Positions 38,323-46,794 of a DNA stretch of 53,331 nt are shown in pieces. Within the stretch, counting starts at the first letter, position 1, and each line of letters starts with the position of its first letter. Both the position numbers and the translations under genes were made by a program. The DNA is from Nitrospirota bacterium. GTDB lineage: Bacteria; Nitrospirota; Thermodesulfovibrionia; Thermodesulfovibrionales; Dissulfurispiraceae. The stretch lies in NCBI GenBank assembly GCA_037442225.1, contig JBBIQQ010000001.1, forward strand, positions 1 through 53,331, read 5' to 3'. The notes beneath the pieces were generated by a model. The model made no database searches and was not told the origin of the DNA. It saw only the letters and a program-made list of their open reading frames with translations.

Positions 38323-38666
38323 TATTTGCCCCTCCTGCCGAACAACGCGCGGATTCGTTCCAGAGGAGACTCCTGCTGTGCAGTCTGGCTTGCTTCCATG
38401 ACTTTGAGCTCTTTCTCGATAAGGGAAGCTTCCAGTTTTGTCAGTAGCGATATGTTTTGTTCAGCAAGGCCGACAAGCATGTAGTCCTGCGCGACCTTCA
38501 CGATAGCGAGACCGCACTTCGGCCCCAGCGGCTGGTAATGAAGCATTTCAATAATGCCCCGCTGCGGAAGCATTTTCCCCTTTACGAGCTTCAGCACAAG
38601 CACAAGCACCCCAAGCACAAACAGGAGCGCCAGCAGTGCCTTCAGCAGCTCAGATCCGAAATCCAT
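38322..38666 (-). CDS. fliO: FliO
   Basis: 114 aa, single TM, position upstream of fliP. Confidence 0.7.
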   Translation of the reverse strand: MDFGSELLKALLALLFVLGVLVLVLKLVKGKMLPQRGIIEMLHYQPLGPKCGLAIVKVAQDYMLVGLAEQNISLLTKLEASLIEKELKVMEASQTAQQESPLERIRALFGRRGK

Positions 38667-38681
38667 GCTTTCCTCACATCC

Positions 38682-39011
38682 CTATCTCAGCTGACGAACC
38701 CGATCTGCCGGGCTGATAATATCGGTCAACCGGATACCGAACTTATCATTGACAACGACTACTTCACCGCGTCCAATCAGCTTGTCGTTGACGTAAACTT
38801 CCATCGGCTCGCCTGCCAGCTTTTCCAGGGCAACTACCGACCCCTGTCCGAGTTGAAGGAGTTCCTGGACAAGAATCTTGGTCCGGCCAATTACAACGGT
38901 CAGCTCTAACGGTATGTCCAGTATGAAATTGATATCCCGATGTCCAGCGGACGAAGACTGTGCCGGGTCCTGAAGCTCCTGAATCTCCAAATTTTTCGCC
39001 TCCTCTGTCAT
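38682..39011 (-). CDS. fliN: C-ring protein FliN
   Basis: SpoA domain LDIPLELTVVIGRTKILVQELLQLGQGSVVALEKLAGEP. ATG 39011 with GGAGG upstream. Confidence 0.9.
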   Translation of the reverse strand: MTEEAKNLEIQELQDPAQSSSAGHRDINFILDIPLELTVVIGRTKILVQELLQLGQGSVVALEKLAGEPMEVYVNDKLIGRGEVVVVNDKFGIRLTDIISPADRVRQLR

Positions 39012-39068
39012 AATGTCCTCCAAAAACATCCAGCCCGGGCGGCCGCATCTGGTTTGTTTTTCTCCGTG

Positions 39069-40037
39069 TTATTCAAATGGCGCAAGAAATTTCAACGCAT
39101 ACGAGCCCTTATATGCGCCGAACTGCCCTAGGAATTTCGGCACACCTTCGACCAGAATACTGATGTCGTCATCCGCCCTTCTGTCGAGAAGTATGACGTC
39201 AGACTCCCTGAGATCAAGCACCCTATCAACACTGAGAGAAGCCTTGCCGAGTTCTCCGGTAATGGTGACCGCGGTTCCGCGCAACGCATCCTTCAAACGA
39301 TCTATCCATTTTGTATCGAGGTCGTCACGATCAGCGGAAAAAGCGCTGTATAACTGTTCCTTGATAGGCTCCACCGACCCATAGGGGATACAAAGAAATG
39401 CCTTGCATTGTTTTCCTTCTATTTCGAGAACGTACTCGACCTTGATGATAACGTCGACCGGAGTAACAATTGTCACAAACTGCGGGTTCATTTCAGCGCG
39501 GACATAGGTCGGCACAAGGGGATATATCGGCTTCCACGCCTCTTCCATATCCTTGAAAAACATCATCACGACCTTATGAATCATTTTCTGCTCAATCGGC
39601 GTAAACTCCCGGCCCTCGGGCTTATAATGGCCCTTTCCGGTACCGCCGAAGAAATATTCTACCAGCGTGAAAATAAGCTGGGCATCAAAAACCAGGAGAC
39701 CGAACCCCCGCAGAGGCTCCAGACGAAAAACATTGATGCTCGAAGGAAAAGGCACTGAGCGCATGAAGTCATAGAACTTTGTAACATTGACCGTCACATT
39801 GGTAATGTCGACAACACGCCGCAACGCGCCTGCAAGAGAAATGCGGAAGTTGCGCGCAAGCCGCTCATTTGCGATGTCAAGCGAAGGCATGCGCCCGCGT
39901 ACGATTTTTTCCTGCCCGGTAAAATCGTAAGCCTTGACGCCGGAAACTTCGGTCGTCGCTGCCTCTGTTTCAACGTCTCCTTCATTTATGCCGCGTAATA
40001 AGGCATCGACTTCGTCTTGTGAAAGAATATCCTGCAT
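39069..40037 (-). CDS. fliM: C-ring switch protein FliM
   Basis: N-terminal CheY-P-binding LSQDEVDALL; 322 aa. Confidence 0.95.
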   Translation of the reverse strand: MQDILSQDEVDALLRGINEGDVETEAATTEVSGVKAYDFTGQEKIVRGRMPSLDIANERLARNFRISLAGALRRVVDITNVTVNVTKFYDFMRSVPFPSSINVFRLEPLRGFGLLVFDAQLIFTLVEYFFGGTGKGHYKPEGREFTPIEQKMIHKVVMMFFKDMEEAWKPIYPLVPTYVRAEMNPQFVTIVTPVDVIIKVEYVLEIEGKQCKAFLCIPYGSVEPIKEQLYSAFSADRDDLDTKWIDRLKDALRGTAVTITGELGKASLSVDRVLDLRESDVILLDRRADDDISILVEGVPKFLGQFGAYKGSYALKFLAPFE

Positions 40038-40072
40038 TGTTCCCTTGCCGCCCTCGTTCCTCTTTTGGACCG

Positions 40073-40576
40073 TTACTGCATGACGAAATCGGTCAGGTAT
40101 ACATTCTTAACCGAATTCGGACCGAGAATCTGATTCGCCCGGACATTGATTTCGTCCTTTAGTTGCAATTTACCATCCGGATTCATAAGAGAATCGGATG
40201 ACTTGCTCGTCAGAAGCGAAATAACCGCATCGCGCAACTGCGGGATCTTGGCCTTTGCTTTTTCCTGAACTGCTGCATTTGCAAGCTCAAGCTGAACTGA
40301 TATCTTCAAAAATTTATTTGCTCCCTGATCTGTCAGATTAACCACGAACGGATCAAGGGCGAAGTTGACTCCTTCCTCCTGCTTTGTCTCTTTCTTCTCC
40401 ACGTTTTCATTCTTGGGCTTGCTCAGAACCAGAAAATACGCAGCAGCGCCGCCGCCAATCAAAAGCACCACAACTGCAGCAATGATAATCAGGAGCTTCT
40501 TGCTGCCTTTTTTCTTGCCCCCTTCAGACTCATCACCTTCTGCGGGTTTTTCTTCTTTCTCTTTTTCCTTGGCCAT
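40073..40576 (-). CDS. fliL: FliL
   Basis: Lys/Glu-rich N-terminus, TM helix, FliL C-terminal domain. ATG 40576 (AAGGGAGA upstream); the track extension covers the promoter region. Confidence 0.85.
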   Translation of the reverse strand: MAKEKEKEEKPAEGDESEGGKKKGSKKLLIIIAAVVVLLIGGGAAAYFLVLSKPKNENVEKKETKQEEGVNFALDPFVVNLTDQGANKFLKISVQLELANAAVQEKAKAKIPQLRDAVISLLTSKSSDSLMNPDGKLQLKDEINVRANQILGPNSVKNVYLTDFVMQ

Positions 40577-40665
40577 GTAGTCTCCCTTTTCGTAGGTCCT
40601 GGAAGTAGCACTCACAACCCTGCTCAGCCTGACATAAGTAGAGATATGAATCTCACATAGGAGAA

Positions 40666-40681
40666 AGCACGGGACATGCCA
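40666..40681 (-). promoter_or_regulatory. Sigma54 promoter of fliL-fliM-fliN...
   Basis: Minus strand TGGCATGTCCCGTGCT (GG/GC at canonical spacing), about 90 nt upstream of the fliL ATG. Confidence 0.7.
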
Positions 40682-40736
40682 ACCACTATCTAATTGATTT
40701 ATCGGAGGTTTTGAGGAAGATATGGTCAAGAAAATG

Positions 40737-40780
40737 ACGGTTAACTCCCGTTCAAAGGAGCTAACCGTCAAACGGTTAAC
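40737..40780 (-). terminator. flgE terminator with a competing upstream hairpin
   Basis: Minus strand GTTAACCGTttgACGGTTAGCTCCtttgaacgGGAGTTAACCGTCATTTTCTT. The 2:3 stem is 12 bp with one mismatch plus a U-tract. Segment 1 can alternatively pair with segment 2. Confidence 0.55.
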
Positions 40781-40806
40781 TATAGTATAAGCTAATTAGG
40801 CCAGCA

Positions 40807-42090
40807 CTATCGCTTAATCGCGAGAAGCTCGTTCAAAAGTTCATCTGTCGTTGTGATAACTTTCGTATTTGCCTGAAAGCCTCTCTGTGCCGCAATGAGG
40901 CGCACAAACTCCTCGGCAAGATCAACGTTTCCTGCTTCCAGCGAACTGGAAGAAATACTGCCGCGCCCTGATGTCCCCGGTTCACCGATCAGCGGCTGAC
41001 CGGAGCCGTTTGATTCCGCAAAGAGGTTTTTGCCCATTTTCGATAATTCGGTCGGCGCGGTAAACCTGGCCAATACAACCTGCGCTATGTCTCGCACCTG
41101 CCCATTCGTGAACACACCGGACATGATACCGTTGTCGCTTACCGTCAGCGCGCGCAATGAACCTGACGTGTAGCCGTCCTGCGTCTGGAAAATCGTGCTC
41201 GACGGCGAACCATACTGAGTAGTAAAGTTGGAATTATAGCCGAAATTGAAGCCAATCGACTGGGCTGCCGTTGCGCCCCACGCGCTGAAATCAAAAGTGC
41301 CGTTGGTTGCCAGAAGAGGCGCTGTCAGCTGTCCGGCTGTGTTGAACGTCAGTGTTGTGAGCGCGCTTCCGGCTGGGACCTGTACATAGTTCGTGCCGGT
41401 AGCGGAATCGTTGTATGTAGCGTAAACATTCCATGAATTGGGAGCAGTTTTGCGGTAATAAATATTCGTAAGGTGGCTGTTTCCAAGAGTATCGTAAACA
41501 GTAATCGCCGAGGCAAAATTATACGATCCAGCTGCAGGGCCGGTGGTCGTGCTGAGCGACCATGGAACTAACGGAACCGTCTCGCGTGAATCGAGGTTCG
41601 CCTGAATCGAAAGTCCGGTAGATGCATTGGGGGGACTGTTTACTGTGGCCACATTGATGCGGTCAATATTGGCCGTAATGTTGCCCGCACCATCAGCCTG
41701 AAAGCCAAGAAGAAAGTTTCTGCTCGGATTTATGATAAAGCCGTTGCGGTCAACAGAAAACTGGCCTGCCCGGGTATAGAACTGGGCTCCTCCTGGTTCC
41801 AGAACCGTGAAAAATCCGTCCCCGTCGATAGCCAGATCAAGCGGGTTACCGGTCGTCTCAACCGTTCCCTGCCCGAAAAGCTGCTGAATAGAGCCGACGC
41901 GTGAGCCGCGCCCGACCTGCAGATTGCCGCCCCCGCCGAGCGACTGGCTCAGGATATCGCCGAAATTTGCCCGGCTCCCCTTGAATCCCGATGTGTTTAC
42001 GTTGGCGATGTTGTCGCCGATAACGGAAAGTGCCTGTCCGTTTGATCCGAGTCCGCTAACCGCGGTAAAAAGTGACGTAAGCATCGTCAT
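40807..42090 (-). CDS. flgE: Flagellar hook protein
   Basis: LSVIGDNIANVNTSGFK N-terminus; C-terminal GNVDLAEEFVRLIAAQRGFQAN. Confidence 0.95.
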   Translation of the reverse strand: MTMLTSLFTAVSGLGSNGQALSVIGDNIANVNTSGFKGSRANFGDILSQSLGGGGNLQVGRGSRVGSIQQLFGQGTVETTGNPLDLAIDGDGFFTVLEPGGAQFYTRAGQFSVDRNGFIINPSRNFLLGFQADGAGNITANIDRINVATVNSPPNASTGLSIQANLDSRETVPLVPWSLSTTTGPAAGSYNFASAITVYDTLGNSHLTNIYYRKTAPNSWNVYATYNDSATGTNYVQVPAGSALTTLTFNTAGQLTAPLLATNGTFDFSAWGATAAQSIGFNFGYNSNFTTQYGSPSSTIFQTQDGYTSGSLRALTVSDNGIMSGVFTNGQVRDIAQVVLARFTAPTELSKMGKNLFAESNGSGQPLIGEPGTSGRGSISSSSLEAGNVDLAEEFVRLIAAQRGFQANTKVITTTDELLNELLAIKR

Positions 42091-42110
42091 GGTTCTATCC
42101 TCCTTTAGTT

Positions 42111-42536
42111 CTACGGGTTCCGCACTTCGCGGACATCCGCATATGCGATCTCTTTGCCGTTCACAACCAGCTTGACTCCGTCATCAGCCATGATGATGCC
42201 GGTTACCAGTCCCTTATTGCCGCTGACATCAGTAATTTCGCGACCAAGCATCGAGACGGCGGCGGTGTTCTGTTTTTGCTGTTCCGAGAGAAATTTTCCT
42301 AGATTTGCATTCATCGAAGAAATCTGCTCAAGAGAGCTGAAGTTGGCAAGCTGAGCTATGAATTCCGTGTCCTTAACGGGGTTCAGCGGATCCTGATTCC
42401 TGAGTTGCGTTATCAGAAGATTCATGAAGTCCTGTTGATCAAGGGTTTTTTTCGCTTTCGTGAAACTTGCCCCCGTTGATGTTCCGGTATATGCCGGATT
42501 GCTTAATATAGGTGCTGCTGCGCTTGTTGCCGCCAT
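42111..42536 (-). CDS. flgD: Hook-capping protein FlgD
   Basis: LDQQDFMNLLITQLRNQDPLNP. Confidence 0.9.
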   Translation of the reverse strand: MAATSAAAPILSNPAYTGTSTGASFTKAKKTLDQQDFMNLLITQLRNQDPLNPVKDTEFIAQLANFSSLEQISSMNANLGKFLSEQQKQNTAAVSMLGREITDVSGNKGLVTGIIMADDGVKLVVNGKEIAYADVREVRNP

Positions 42537-42550
42537 GTGTCACTCCTCCT

Positions 42551-43663
42551 TTATGCCAGATACTCGAAAAAGTTTTCGCCGGTCTGTCTATCCTGCCGGT
42601 TCTGACGCCCTTGACCGTGCTCTCTTGCCGATCCCTGATCTGCAAGATAATCGTCGTGCAGATCAACCTGAACATCCCCAACCCGTATGCCCGAGATCTC
42701 CAGCTGATGACGAATCTGCGGCAGGGCAGATACAAAAAGCTCTTTGGTAATGCCGGAGTCTACTTTCAGTTCAGCACTCAGAACACCCTGATGTATCCGC
42801 AGGCGAATCTGAACATCTCCGAGTCCGGGCGGGTCGAGGCGCAGAACCATATGTTTCGTTCCTGCTTCTGCGGCGGTACGAATCGGTTCATAAATATCAC
42901 GAATCGATGTTATAGACACATCGCTATTGACGTTCCTGCCGGTAAATACCTCCGCCATCCGATCCCCCCCACCTGTCGCCGAATACACCGAAGATTGCCG
43001 TGATGCCGACACCTCGGCAGCAGGAGCCTCGACATCCTCCAGCTTTGCAGAAATGCTGTCAGATGATTCCGTCACGAATGCCGCAACAACGGTCTTTGCA
43101 GAGTCCGTATGTGATTTGAGTGCAGCAGCGTCTGCTGATATAAGCTCACCAGCATCCCGAACAGTCTGAAGAGAATGAGCCGCTTCAGCCACCGCCTGAG
43201 CAGGCGGCTTCTGAAAGCTCGCTGCTCCAGATGAATTTTTCATATCCTGAAGGTGTTTCGCTGCATTCCCGATTGTCATTTCTTGCGGAATTACGCCTTT
43301 CTCTGACTGCTGAAGGAGCAGTGAACCAAGAATCCCGGCGGCAGCTGACTGCACCTGTTCAGGAGTCATCCGGACAGCTACAGGAAGGTTCGCGAACATC
43401 TGCTGAATCATGCTCAGCATAACCGCATCCCCATGAACGGAAAGATTTATGCAGGCATCGGGCAATAATTCATCTGGTGAAGGAAGAAGATCGCCAATTT
43501 TGTCCTGCTGGTTTGCTTCTGCAACCCGCTGAAGAACCGACCGCATGACCGCAGGAAATCCCTGTCCGGACTGCGCATTGCGATCAGCAGACACATCTAC
43601 CGCAGAACGTCCGGCTTGAACCGACGCAATCTGCGCAAAACCCGGAAGTGGTGCTGCAGTCAT
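42551..43663 (-). CDS. fliK: Hook-length control protein FliK
   Basis: C-terminal Flg_hook domain LRLDPPGLGDVQIRLRIHQGVLSAEL. ATG 43663 (GGAGG upstream); the track GTG extension overlaps the promoter. Confidence 0.8.
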   Translation of the reverse strand: MTAAPLPGFAQIASVQAGRSAVDVSADRNAQSGQGFPAVMRSVLQRVAEANQQDKIGDLLPSPDELLPDACINLSVHGDAVMLSMIQQMFANLPVAVRMTPEQVQSAAAGILGSLLLQQSEKGVIPQEMTIGNAAKHLQDMKNSSGAASFQKPPAQAVAEAAHSLQTVRDAGELISADAAALKSHTDSAKTVVAAFVTESSDSISAKLEDVEAPAAEVSASRQSSVYSATGGGDRMAEVFTGRNVNSDVSITSIRDIYEPIRTAAEAGTKHMVLRLDPPGLGDVQIRLRIHQGVLSAELKVDSGITKELFVSALPQIRHQLEISGIRVGDVQVDLHDDYLADQGSAREHGQGRQNRQDRQTGENFFEYLA

Positions 43664-43697
43664 AGAATACCTCCGCACACAAGATAGCTGAGTAAAA

Positions 43698-43713
43698 AGC
43701 AATGAACATGCCA
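43698..43713 (-). promoter_or_regulatory. Sigma54 promoter of fliK-flgD-flgE
   Basis: Minus strand TGGCATGTTCATTGCT. Confidence 0.8.
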
Positions 43714-43823
43714 CCGTTCCTCATACACACGCTATGCTAAAATTGTTGATATTTATCAGCGAATTGCAAGCTCTGCCTGGAAACGAATGACATCCGGCCG
43801 GCAAGTGAACTCATCAGGAGAAT

Positions 43824-43854
43824 GGCAGTTTTTGCCTGAACGGCAGTTTTTGCC
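43824..43854. repeat. Tandem 13-bp dyads GGCAGTTTTTGCC x2 (18-bp period), 110-140 bp upstream of the fliK sigma54 promoter
   Basis: Exact copies at 43824..43836 and 43842..43854; each is GGCA-N5-TGCC. Confidence 0.7.
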
Positions 43855-43860
43855 GAGGAG

Positions 43861-43884
43861 ATGAAGCTATGAAGCAATGAAACT
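43861..43884. repeat. Three tandem 8-mers ATGAAGCT ATGAAGCA ATGAAACT
   Basis: Read directly at 43861..43884. Confidence 0.6.
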
Positions 43885-43894
43885 GAGAACAAAC

Positions 43895-43912
43895 AGGCAG
43901 GCGCTCCTGCCT
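43895..43912 (-). terminator. Short GC hairpin after the YlxF-like gene
   Basis: aGGCAGG-cgct-CCTGCCt; on the minus strand it is followed by GTTTGTTCTCAGTTT. Confidence 0.4.
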
Positions 43913-43937
43913 TTATCACAGCACGATATTTTCCGGT

Positions 43938-44471
43938 CTATTTCTTCTGGATAAGTTTTTTCGAAAGAGCAGCGGCTTTTTCGGTATCGACCTGTGCCAG
44001 GATCTTTCCAGCAGTCTTCGGCTTCAGAGTCGAAAGTATTTTCAGAGCGGAATCGTCGTCAAGCATCTCGATTCTGCGGGCAGCGTCTTCCGGCTGCATG
44101 GCTTCATACATTTTGGAGACTTTCAGGAGCTGTTCCTGACGCTCCTTGTCAAGAACTTTCTTTGCCTCATCAAACTCCCGTTTCAGTTTCTTGAATTCTT
44201 CGATTTCCTTCTGGATATCTGCTTTCAGAATAGACATGCGCTCTTCTTCCAGCAACTTCGCCGACACCTGCCCGGAAGGCTGTATCGCCGCTTTCCGGCT
44301 TTCCTGCTGCGCATGTATCGTGAGCGAAATCGGAAGCAATACGGCACAGACAAGAGCAACCGTCAGAACAAGACGTCCGGTCCGGCGCCGCGCAGACTTC
44401 CGCTGAGCATCCTGATCAATGTTCTTCGCGTTTTTGTCCGTAGGTGATGACTGCCCGTTCATCAGCATCAT
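43938..44471 (-). CDS. MgtE_N-domain flagellar protein (YlxF/FlbB/MotE-like)
   Basis: TM anchor, coiled coil, then YEAMQPEDAARRIEMLDDDSALKILSTLKPKTAGKILAQV. Same position as B. subtilis ylxF. ATG 44471 with AAGGAG upstream. Confidence 0.7.
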   Translation of the reverse strand: MMLMNGQSSPTDKNAKNIDQDAQRKSARRRTGRLVLTVALVCAVLLPISLTIHAQQESRKAAIQPSGQVSAKLLEEERMSILKADIQKEIEEFKKLKREFDEAKKVLDKERQEQLLKVSKMYEAMQPEDAARRIEMLDDDSALKILSTLKPKTAGKILAQVDTEKAAALSKKLIQKK

Positions 44472-44859
44472 TCTGCTCCTTTCTCTGCTTCTCCTGCTCC
44501 GCGGCCTGCCGCTGTTTTTCATCAAGCCGTTCGAACGTCTTGCGTTCCTTTGACGCTTCCAGCAACAATGCACGTGTCTCATCAACCTGCCTTTGCTTTT
44601 CAGCAATGACCGACTGCTGCCGCCGTATCTGCAGAATCAGATGCTCAGCATAATCCTGCGTCGTGCGAATCTCTGCGATATCCATCAGTTCATCGCCCCC
44701 ACCCGCAAGCTTCGCGCCGATAAGGGCATGTTGCGATTCAAGCGTTTCAAGAGTCTCCTGCTCCGCATGCAGTTCCTTGGAAAGCAGCCCGAACAGACTT
44801 TTTAGTTCGTCTTCCTTCCATCGCTTGAGGCCAAGCAGGCTCTGAATGGAAGTGCTCAT
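44416..44859 (-). CDS. fliJ: FliJ
   Basis: 147-aa coiled-coil protein directly after fliI. Confidence 0.75.
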   Translation of the reverse strand: MSTSIQSLLGLKRWKEDELKSLFGLLSKELHAEQETLETLESQHALIGAKLAGGGDELMDIAEIRTTQDYAEHLILQIRRQQSVIAEKQRQVDETRALLLEASKERKTFERLDEKQRQAAEQEKQRKEQNDADERAVITYGQKREEH

Positions 44860-46190
44860 TGTGCTCCTTCAAAAAGCGCCGCAAGCTGGAAAATCCCCTG
44901 CTCCAACGGCACTCGTTCATCTATTTTCTGTTTCAGAAAGCTCCTGATATGTTCCGTCATGCGGATGGCATAATCAACGTTCGGATTCGTCCCTTCCTTG
45001 TACGCGCCAATGGTAATAACATCTTCATATTTCTTATAGGTGGCCATGATTTCGAGTACGCGCTCCACATGATTTCGATGCTCCTCAGCAATTATGTCCT
45101 TCATGATTCTGCTGATGCTCTGGAGTATGTCAATTGCGGGATACTGGTTCTGGTTTGCAAGGTCCCGGGAGAGTACGATATGGCCGTCAAGCACCGACCG
45201 GGCCGCATCTGCGATAGGTTCATTCATGTCGTCGCCTTCGACCAGCACGGTATAGAGGCCTGTGATTGCCCCCTTCTGCTGCCATGTTCCAGCACTTTCA
45301 ACAAGCTTCGGCAAAAGCTTGAAAACCGACGGGGTATATCCCTTTGTGGTAGGCGGTTCTCCGGCTGCGAGGCCTACTTCACGCTGGGCCATCGCAAAAC
45401 GGGTCAGCGAGTCCATCATAAAGAGAACATCCTTGCCTTCCGAGCGGAAGTACTCCGCAATTGCAGCCGCAACGAACGCACCCCGTATGCGTATCAGCGG
45501 GGACGTGTCGGATGTTGCGATAATCAGAACCGAGCGCCGCAAGCCCTCTTCGCCGAGATCGCGCTCGACAAACTCCCGAACCTCTCTCCCCCGCTCGCCG
45601 ATGAGTGCGATTACATTCACGTCAGCTGCGCTATGGCGGGCCATCATACCAAGCAGAACGCTTTTCCCAACGCCGCTGCCCGCCATTATGCCCACACGCT
45701 GCCCCTTGCCGCAGGTCAGCATGGTATTGATTGCGCGGATGCCAAGATCAAGCGGCTCCGATATGCGCCGGCGCAGCATGGGATTGACCGGTTCGTTATA
45801 GATAGGGAAAAGCCTGCCGCCCACAGCACCCCGGCCGTCAATCGGATTGCCGAGACCGTCGAGAACCCGTCCGAGCAGTTCTTCGCTTGTCTTTACATAG
45901 CGCTGACGCCCGCGCGCAACAATGCGGGCTCCAGAGCCGATCCCCATCAACTCGCCGAGCGGCATCAGCAGGATTTTGTCATCCCTGAAGCCGATCACTT
46001 CGGCTTCAACATATTCCTCACCGTTCAGTCCACTCTGCTGGATTTGACAGACATCGCCGATATTTGTCCTTGGGCCGTCGCCTTCAACCACAAGGCCGAC
46101 ACCCTTGCTGACCCGCCCGTATACTTTGACAGGATCAACATCACGGACGAATTCGCGGCATTTAGCTATCAAGAGCTGTCCGGATTGCAC
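44856..46190 (-). CDS. fliI: Flagellar export ATPase FliI
   Basis: Walker A GSGVGKS, Walker B DVLFMMDSLTR. Probable GTG start at 46193/46190 (AAGAGG upstream) rather than the track start at 46289. Confidence 0.9.
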   Translation of the reverse strand: MQSGQLLIAKCREFVRDVDPVKVYGRVSKGVGLVVEGDGPRTNIGDVCQIQQSGLNGEEYVEAEVIGFRDDKILLMPLGELMGIGSGARIVARGRQRYVKTSEELLGRVLDGLGNPIDGRGAVGGRLFPIYNEPVNPMLRRRISEPLDLGIRAINTMLTCGKGQRVGIMAGSGVGKSVLLGMMARHSAADVNVIALIGERGREVREFVERDLGEEGLRRSVLIIATSDTSPLIRIRGAFVAAAIAEYFRSEGKDVLFMMDSLTRFAMAQREVGLAAGEPPTTKGYTPSVFKLLPKLVESAGTWQQKGAITGLYTVLVEGDDMNEPIADAARSVLDGHIVLSRDLANQNQYPAIDILQSISRIMKDIIAEEHRNHVERVLEIMATYKKYEDVITIGAYKEGTNPNVDYAIRMTEHIRSFLKQKIDERVPLEQGIFQLAALFEGAQ

Positions 46191-46794
46191 CACTGACCTC
46201 TTGGATCTGCTCGTCGATGCGGGCATCCACGGAGCCCGACGCAGCTTCGATATAGCAGCCGCCCGGGAGAATTGACTCACTAGGCTCAAGGAGGATATGT
46301 TTCAGGCCGGAAGATTCTCTCAGATAAGTCAGTTTGTCCTGAATGGTGGCAAAGTCTTCGGGATTAATCCGCACCGTCACCTTTTCCTCAGCATTCGCAA
46401 TTCGCGAGAGCGCGTCCTGAGCAACGGCAATAATAATTGCCTTATCTACTTTGAGAGCTTTATGGATAACTTTCTCGGCAATGTCTATCGAAAGGGCTAT
46501 CAGATCAGGCAGCAGCTCCTCGCCTTTCCGATGCACTGCTTTTTCAAGCTCTGTCAGCATCAGAAACAACCTGTCAACCACCGGATCCATTTGCGCCCGC
46601 GCTTCAGCCATTCCCTTTTCAAAGCCGTCATTGTACCCGCGTTCCGCCGCGTCGTTTTCACGGCGCTTCAGCGCCGCTTCAGGCGCTTCAGTTTTGCTCA
46701 CAATCACCTTTTCAGCAGGTGTCTCGTCGAAGCGCCTCAACGCATACGGACGCAACACGGAGCCCGTCTCCTCAGCCGATGAGTTCTTCGCCAC
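46162..46794 (-). CDS. fliH: FliH
   Basis: Position between fliG and fliI, FliH-type C-terminal domain. Probable GTG 46794 (GGAGG 5 nt upstream); track start 46851. Confidence 0.75.
   Translation of the reverse strand: MAKNSSAEETGSVLRPYALRRFDETPAEKVIVSKTEAPEAALKRRENDAAERGYNDGFEKGMAEARAQMDPVVDRLFLMLTELEKAVHRKGEELLPDLIALSIDIAEKVIHKALKVDKAIIIAVAQDALSRIANAEEKVTVRINPEDFATIQDKLTYLRESSGLKHILLEPSESILPGGCYIEAASGSVDARIDEQIQEVSGAIRTALDS

Noticed and set aside
39034-39046. GC-rich CCCGGGCGGCCGC palindromic cluster between fliM and fliN.
   Set aside because: Only about 4 bp of usable stem flanks it, there is no U-tract, and the two genes are clearly co-transcribed. It is probably incidental.
40699-40706. 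TCCGATAA (sigma28 -10-like) 20 nt upstream of the fliL sigma54 promoter.
   Set aside because: There is no TAAA-like -35 at the required distance (CCATATCT instead). A single octamer with one mismatch is not enough to call a promoter.
40577-40771. N-terminal extensions of track ORFs: fliL 40577..40771, fliK 43664..43714, flgF 21787..21828, flgI 18769..18834.
   Set aside because: The extensions run through sigma54 promoters or terminators, or overlap the upstream gene. Internal starts have good SD sequences and give family-typical N-termini.
43823-43836. TGGCAGTTTTTGCC read as a plus-strand sigma54 promoter.
   Set aside because: The GG-to-GC spacing is 2 nt shorter than the canonical -24/-12 spacing, there is no plus-strand gene downstream, and the element is duplicated. 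It is better interpreted as a dyad binding site.
44859-46196. 445-aa plus-strand ORF, the longest + ORF in the track.
   Set aside because: It is antisense to fliI, whose minus-strand frame carries Walker A/B and full-length ATPase similarity. The plus product is low complexity (Arg/His/Cys-rich) with no recognisable motif, so it is a shadow ORF.
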